From the NCBI GenBank assembly GCA_032718475.1, contig JAUCBJ010000698.1, positions 1-54,810 on the forward strand: a DNA stretch of 54,810 bases, read 5' to 3'. The notes under the pieces were generated by a model that worked only from the letters and a program-made list of their open reading frames with translations, made no database searches and was not told the origin of the DNA. Below, in pieces: positions 48,612 to 54,810 of the stretch. Made by a program: the position numbers and the translations under genes. How positions within the stretch are numbered: the stretch's first letter is position 1; each line of letters begins with the position of its first letter. This DNA is from Nemertoderma westbladi. Taxonomy: Eukaryota; Animalia; Xenacoelomorpha.

Positions 48612-50858
48612 ATAACGGATATATGTCTGTATTGCAGTGTAGGCATTAAATACAGTTTAATATTGTTCTGGTAAGAACAATAACGGATATTGCTTCTGTA
48701 TTGCAGTAGGCAATAAAGCTGAAGTACCGGCAACCGGTACCCAGTAGGCCTGACTACCTAACCACCCGGACCGGTACCTACAGCAGTACAGGTACAGCAG
48801 TATTATTCGATTTTGATTATTATATACCAGTAGGTCTTAATAATTAATCGGGGACGCCTGGTTTTTATTGGGATTTTACTTAGGCCTATTTCTGTCAGTT
48901 TTATTTATTTGTAGGTCAATATTGAACAGAAGGCGTGTAAGCCTGATCAGATTGTACAGACAATTTGTAGGCTGGGCTGTTGTCTGATTGCTGTTAAGTC
49001 TGAACGGATTGCAGTGTGTGTAGATCACCTGTCCGATAAAGAACGGTTAGGAAGTAGGGGCAGCCAATGCTGTAAGGTAAACCCCCAACTAAAGAATAAG
49101 TCGTACTACTGGGTTAGAACGCATACTACCTAATCATTTCGGAGTCTGCATGTCCTGTAGTTTATTTAGGCTTGAGAGTAGTCTGCCATCGTTTAGTCTG
49201 TACTTTGTTTGTGTAGTCTGTACAGGTAGCGTATAATATTTATTTAGATAATTTGTAGGCTGGATAGTTGTCTGGCTGTTATTAGGTCTGAACAGATTGC
49301 AGTGTGTGTAGAGCCTCTGTCCGATAAAGAACGGTTAGGAAGTAGGGGCAGCCAATGCTGTAAGGTAAACCCCCAACTAAAGAATAAGTCGTACTACTGG
49401 GTTAGAACGTATACTACCTAATCATTTCGGAGTCTGCATGTCCTGTAGTTTATTTAGGCTTGATAGTAGTCTGTCAGTGTTTGGTCTGCATTTTGTTTGA
49501 GTAGTTTGTACGCGTAGCGTAATATTTATTATTCAGAGTTTATGCGATTATTCGCAACATTCATTCCCCAAGTTTGTTCCTACAATAATTGTGTTTGTTA
49601 TACATACCGCTATAGTTAAATTAACCCCGGTACTACACGGGCTGCTTGGCGTAGGTAAAGACTGGTGATTTTGTGCACCGGTCACTCCAGCAGATGCAGT
49701 GGTTCTTTTAGCTGTTCAAGTATATTTAACTACTGATTATTTGTTGTACAAGTACTCGTACCTAATTTAGGGTTTAGTGTACAGTGCTTTCCGAAAGTAA
49801 TTAGTGTAGGCATTATATTTGTGTTGTAAAGTGGTTGATAGGCACGTTCGATTAGCTCTATTAACTTCTAGGTAGGAACACTCCGTGATACATAACGTAG
49901 TACCTATAGCGATACGGCTATAGGTCGTCAGGCGGTGGTATTTTCCTATCTGGACAACGCAGTGTATTTACTACTACGTATTATTTTCAAATACCGCAGT
50001 ACCCTGTCCGTTGTAATAACCAGAATTCTAACCCTTTGTTAGGCTGGTTTGTAGACTTCTTGTAAAATTACCCTGAAAATTCGTATTTTGTGTTTTTGTA
50101 AATTTTTGTGTTTATTTAGAGATTGTAATCTCACCCGAATTGTACGTAATTTGTAGTATTAAGTAACTTAGGTAAATTAGCATTATTTGTTTTAGTGTCC
50201 TATAAGTAACACTTCACTGAAAGCGCACCGCTTTGTGTAGTGATTACTCCCCAGAAATAATAACATTTATTTCAAACATTGACAAAACCCATTAAAACGG
50301 GTATATATATATTATAAATCAAATCTAACGATTTATAAATAGTAGGCCTACCATACAACCATTAGGTCTCAATATCAGTTGGACTACTGCTCAAATAACG
50401 GTAATAAAGTAAGTAAAGTAACCAAGTAACCCTAAAATTCAGAAATTCAATTATTTAAAATAATTGATATACCGGTATTTACGATAGGCCTATTATCTTT
50501 ATTTCTATAAATTTAGGCTGAAATTATACCGGTACTTTATAATTAATTCTAGTCCAGAATTATACTTATATATACTACAAACTGTAAGCTGTATACCGGT
50601 ATTCCCGATAGGCCTATTATATATTTATATATATTTGTGCTAAAATTATACCGGTATTCTGTGATAAACCTAGTCTGTAATAATACTTATATAGTTATAT
50701 ATACTATAAGCATACCGGTATTCTAATATATTATATATATATCACGCTCCACTGAGTAGCAGTATCGGTAATTAATTATTAGGCTAACAGTGATACTTAA
50801 TTACTAGACTTGCTTTAACTGTATTTATAGCCGTAGGCATTCAACTGTGTAATCAAAC

Positions 50859-53800
50859 ATGTCTGACTCACAACAAACATTGTCAGATAGTCTTTTAGAG
50901 GGTGTTAGAATGAGTATTAGACTTAGACAGCGTCTTAAAAGGATCTGTGACCAAGATCAAAGTATGGAACATCCCAGACCAAAGTCTAAGTCCCCTCCTA
51001 CTGTGCGAAAGATCATCCCTCAAGTAGTAGTATCAGACCCTAGGCTAGTCCAACATCGTAGGTCTATCATAGGCACTCGAGCTCAGGTCAAGCAGGACCA
51101 AGAAGCAGTGGAACCTCAACAACCCGCGAGCCAATAACTTACTTCTCAACGGCCCGATAGCTCCAGTAGTTCGGATACTGTTGAGCGGACGCCCGAACGC
51201 GGAGCGAAGATGGCGGATAAGGTTTATGATGAGCGGCCAACCTATGAAGAATCAACCGACGCCACTTCTTCTCAAGAAGAAAGCGAAGCGACAGCAGAGA
51301 AACCACATAAGAGGGATGCCATTGACATCTATCTGTCAGACTATCAACGTTTTTTAGGTGATGACGAGTTGAGGAGAAGGTTAGAGGGACTTAGCCCTAA
51401 TAGTGAAGGAACCAAGCTTGTGTTGGATGCCATCGATGTGGAAATGAGGGCTGCGAATCAGGCTAAATTTGATGAACAACTCCGCCTGACACGAGTCCAA
51501 GAAGAACAAGTAAAGAAAAAACGTATAGAAGACAGAAAGAAAGCAGCAGTAGCAGCTGCCGAAGCGGAAAGGAAAGCAGCCGAAGAGGAAAGTAAAGCAG
51601 CCGAGATGGAAAGAAAAGCGGCAGCGACAGCAGCAGAAGCAAAGGCGGCAGCGGCAGAGGCAAAAGCGGCAGCAACAGCGGCAGAGGCAGAAGCGAAAAG
51701 AAAAGCAGCCGAAATGAAAAGAAAAGCAGAAATGGCAGTGGCAGAAGCAGAACGTAGAGCGGCGGAAGAAATCACCCAATTAGAATTGGAAAACATTCAG
51801 GAGAATCAAGACTGCATAAATAAACAGTTAACAGCTAGTAATATGCAGATGATGAATCGATCTACTCCCAAAAGACAGGGATATACATCATCTGAGGAAG
51901 GCGATACCACCGATACTGAAGGCAAAGGAAATAGATCTCGTCTAAGCAGACGTAAAAGAACATTCCACCGTCAGAAATTGCCTGATTTGCCTCCAGCTGT
52001 TAGAAGGCAACTAAATAACACCAACTTAGGTAGTACAGAACCCACAGACCAAACAATTAAAATAGAAAGACTCCCTACTATAGTAGATGAGCCTGAAATA
52101 ATTAGGCCTGTTCTTGAAATCACCCCTTCGGTGATAGACACACCTGTGCTCCCTGAAACTACCTCTAAATTCCCTCTGCATAGCACTAAGCTACCTGTGC
52201 CCCGTAGAACTGCCCAGGAGACAGTTCAGGTCCTGGACCCCGAGCGAAATATTCATGATTTGTCGCCCGTTGTCCCTCGTCCGCCCGCTACAACGTTGGC
52301 GACTCCCGCTTCGGCGGTCGAATGGGTGGACGAGAGACGGCGGGGGATGGATCTCCTGCTCGGGCAGATGCAGGAGACTGTTCAGCAATTCAAGGGCACA
52401 GTAAGGGAAAGTAGGCTAGAGTTGCAAGAAGTGCAGCAAAGTATCGCGCTAGAACGCGATAAATTAGTAAATACACAAAGGGGTATACCACCACCCTCTG
52501 TAACAATGTGTCAACCTGTTAGGTCTGAAGTATCGCATGCGCAAGGTGTGGAGCCTACACGCATCTATACTGCTAGCGAAGTAGAAACTCCTATAGTGAA
52601 CCCTATTAAGGGTAATTATAGACCTGTTGATAATGATATTCCATATAGAACTGATCATAATCCGAGAAATTTATATACCGATAACTCGATATTAAATAAC
52701 ACGATGGCCCAAGAAAGTTTTACGCGTCAAATGGCTAGAACCGAAGCCCGGCAAGCGGTAAAGGTGGGAGAGATCGTCAAGTTCAATGGAGATGAGATGA
52801 AATGGTTACCTTTTAATGAATATTACAAAGATAACATACAGAACTCTGTACTATCTAATGGAGAGAAACTTAGATTCCTCATCGAGTGCTTGGAAGGATC
52901 TCCCAAGTTAATGGCGTTAAAGTTTATTGGACATCCAGACGGATTAAGACAAGTTTGGGATACACTAAACATCAGGTATGGTAATAGGACTAACATAGCT
53001 AGGTATTTATATGCGAAATTAATGGCGCCCCGAAAGTTTCTTAGCAGCGGGATTATAGAGTTTTCCGATGAGATTCAGGAGATCTGTAGACAACTAGATT
53101 GGTTAGGTAAGTCTCATGAATACCAGAACTCTATGGTTGTAGGAGCCTTAGCATCTACTTTACCAAAGGGTGGAGTAGGTACACGCTGGGACAAGAAGGT
53201 GTTATATATGATGGAACAACAACAACGAGACCCTACCATGGCTGATCTCATGTCATTCTTGGATAGCGAGGTGAAATTACAGCTCATAAAGCAGTCCAGA
53301 GAGAAGACAGCGGAAAGTAAGGTAAGTGAGAAACCCGTTTCTAGGAGAAGGGTAACACCAGTATGTTATACCGACGACGGTGAAAGCCAAACTTCTCAAG
53401 GAGAGGACAGCGGGAAAGACACTGACAGATCTTATTATGTCAATAAAATGCCTAAAGATCAGGTAAGTAAATCCAAGTCTCGACCCAATGACAGAAGGGA
53501 ACCGGTACAAAAAACCCCTCCTACGTCTCCTAAAAGAATTCAGGTGAGAAAGCCCGAGGAAAGAACAAGTGTGCACCACATAGCACAGGTTAAAGTAAGT
53601 AACATCAAACCCAAATGTGTGCTGTGCGACGGGCCCCACCGTTTAAATGCGTGTGATAAATTCCTGAGGAAATCACTAAAGGATAGACGTGAAGTCATGT
53701 GGGATAAGCGGTTGTGTTATAATTGCCTCAGACGAGGACACCAACGGCGAACCTGTTACTCCGACGCAAGGTGTGCAAAGTGCGGCGCAAAACATCATAT

Positions 53801-54810
53801 CTTGTTGCACACGGAATTCGAACGAAACAGCCCGAGTCAGGTAAGTGAGTCCGAACTACATGTCCAATTCAGTGATGTGAACGACACTGATCAATCTGAG
53901 ATGGAAGGATTCTATACGGACGAGTTCTCCGACCAAAACGAATCCTGTTACTTAATAAACACCACCGCAGTGTATCGAGCACTCGTGCATGAGAAAGACA
54001 CAGACAGCGACCTTACCTTAACTACTTCTGATCAACAACCATCTTGGAAAGCGCCAACTTCCAATATAGGAATCCGAGAATTTCCTGTAGTCCAGTTACG
54101 GGTCCACGGACCTCAGAAGAGCTATATAGTGAACGCCCTCCTGGACTCCGGTAGCACAGGAACATTCATCGATAAAGAACTAGCCGAAGTCATCTTTGCT
54201 GGACAACCCAAGTTCCGAACCAAGCTAAACATGTCAGGGATCATGCAGGTTTGGAATTCTACTGTAGCTGCCGACTATTATATAGGTGAGTTGTCCACTC
54301 CACAGGATAAACTAGGAGAATACAGTATAAGGTCAGTCAAAATGGTGGCAATAAAGAACTTCGCTACCACCCAAGTGGAACCTTATAATTGGGACGAAGA
54401 TGATCATGCCCAACAACTTAACATCCCTAGATTCGACACCGATTATCCTGGAGTACAAATATTAATCGGTCAAAACGCGCATGAGGCGCTGGAGACATTG
54501 GAGAAACGACCTGCTCAACCGCAACCACTTCAGACCTATGCGGTAAGAACTAGAGTAGGTTGGTACCTTACTGGACCTTCCCGAAGAACGCTCAGAGAAA
54601 GACTGCTTCAAGATCGCGTCCGCCAGGTGAGTGAATGGGAAGATGATACTAGTGAGGGAGACGACCCAACTGAGGGAACACCATACTCCTCAGATAATGA
54701 CGATATTAGCTCCAATGTAGATCAATGGAGATATTGCCCCAAGAAGTTTAATCCAACTGACATCGCTTCCAGAGGAGCAACTCCTCAAGAACTGACAGAT
54801 ACTACAGACC
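50859..54810 (+). CDS. Copy 2 Gag-protease polyprotein fused in frame to the end of RNase H; premature TAA at 51135-51137, frame open from 51138 (ATG 51210) to the window end
   Basis: Knuckles CVLCDGPHRLNAC, CYNCLRRGHQRRTC, CAKCGAKHHILLH; protease ALLDSGS; ends ...PYSSDNDDI|SSNVDQWRYCPKKFNPTDIASRGATPQEL. The ORF track lists no stop-terminated plus-strand ORF after 51137, consistent with a frame open to the end. Confidence 0.85.

Larger units (their letters stand above)
47411..54810 (+). mobile_element. BEL/Pao LTR retrotransposon, copy 2 (related lineage, RT/RNase H deleted; runs off window end)
   Basis: LTR, leader repeats and gag-PR colinear with copy 1 but clearly diverged; sequence jumps from the copy-1 28287 equivalent to the 30049 equivalent. 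Confidence 0.92.

Overview
AT-rich, intron-containing eukaryotic (invertebrate metazoan-like) DNA dominated by transposable elements. Host genes: an intronless, divergent COX6B-like ORF (15302-15598) and a four-exon SLC5 sodium:solute symporter on the minus strand (38975-21120, 587 aa, all GT-AG junctions in phase). The SLC5 last intron holds a 14.9-kb BEL/Pao LTR retrotransposon (21616-36521, ATCCC target-site duplication). It has an open Gag-PR-RT-RNaseH frame, a disrupted integrase, a structured 2-kb leader and an extra non-Env zinc-knuckle ORF preceded by a long RNA hairpin. A related BEL element starts at 47411 and carries an in-frame deletion of RT and most of RNase H, so the two copies have complementary defects. 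Also present: a 4.5-kb 50/51-bp satellite apparently amplified from an RTE reverse-transcriptase segment, an RTE-group LINE nested in a CR1-like LINE with a 56-bp duplication and an AUG-less ORF2, a CRE-like endonuclease fragment joined directly to a histone H3 3' fragment, SINEs, MITEs and minisatellites. All calls come from reading the sequence by eye; clade names rest on motif recognition and need database confirmation.
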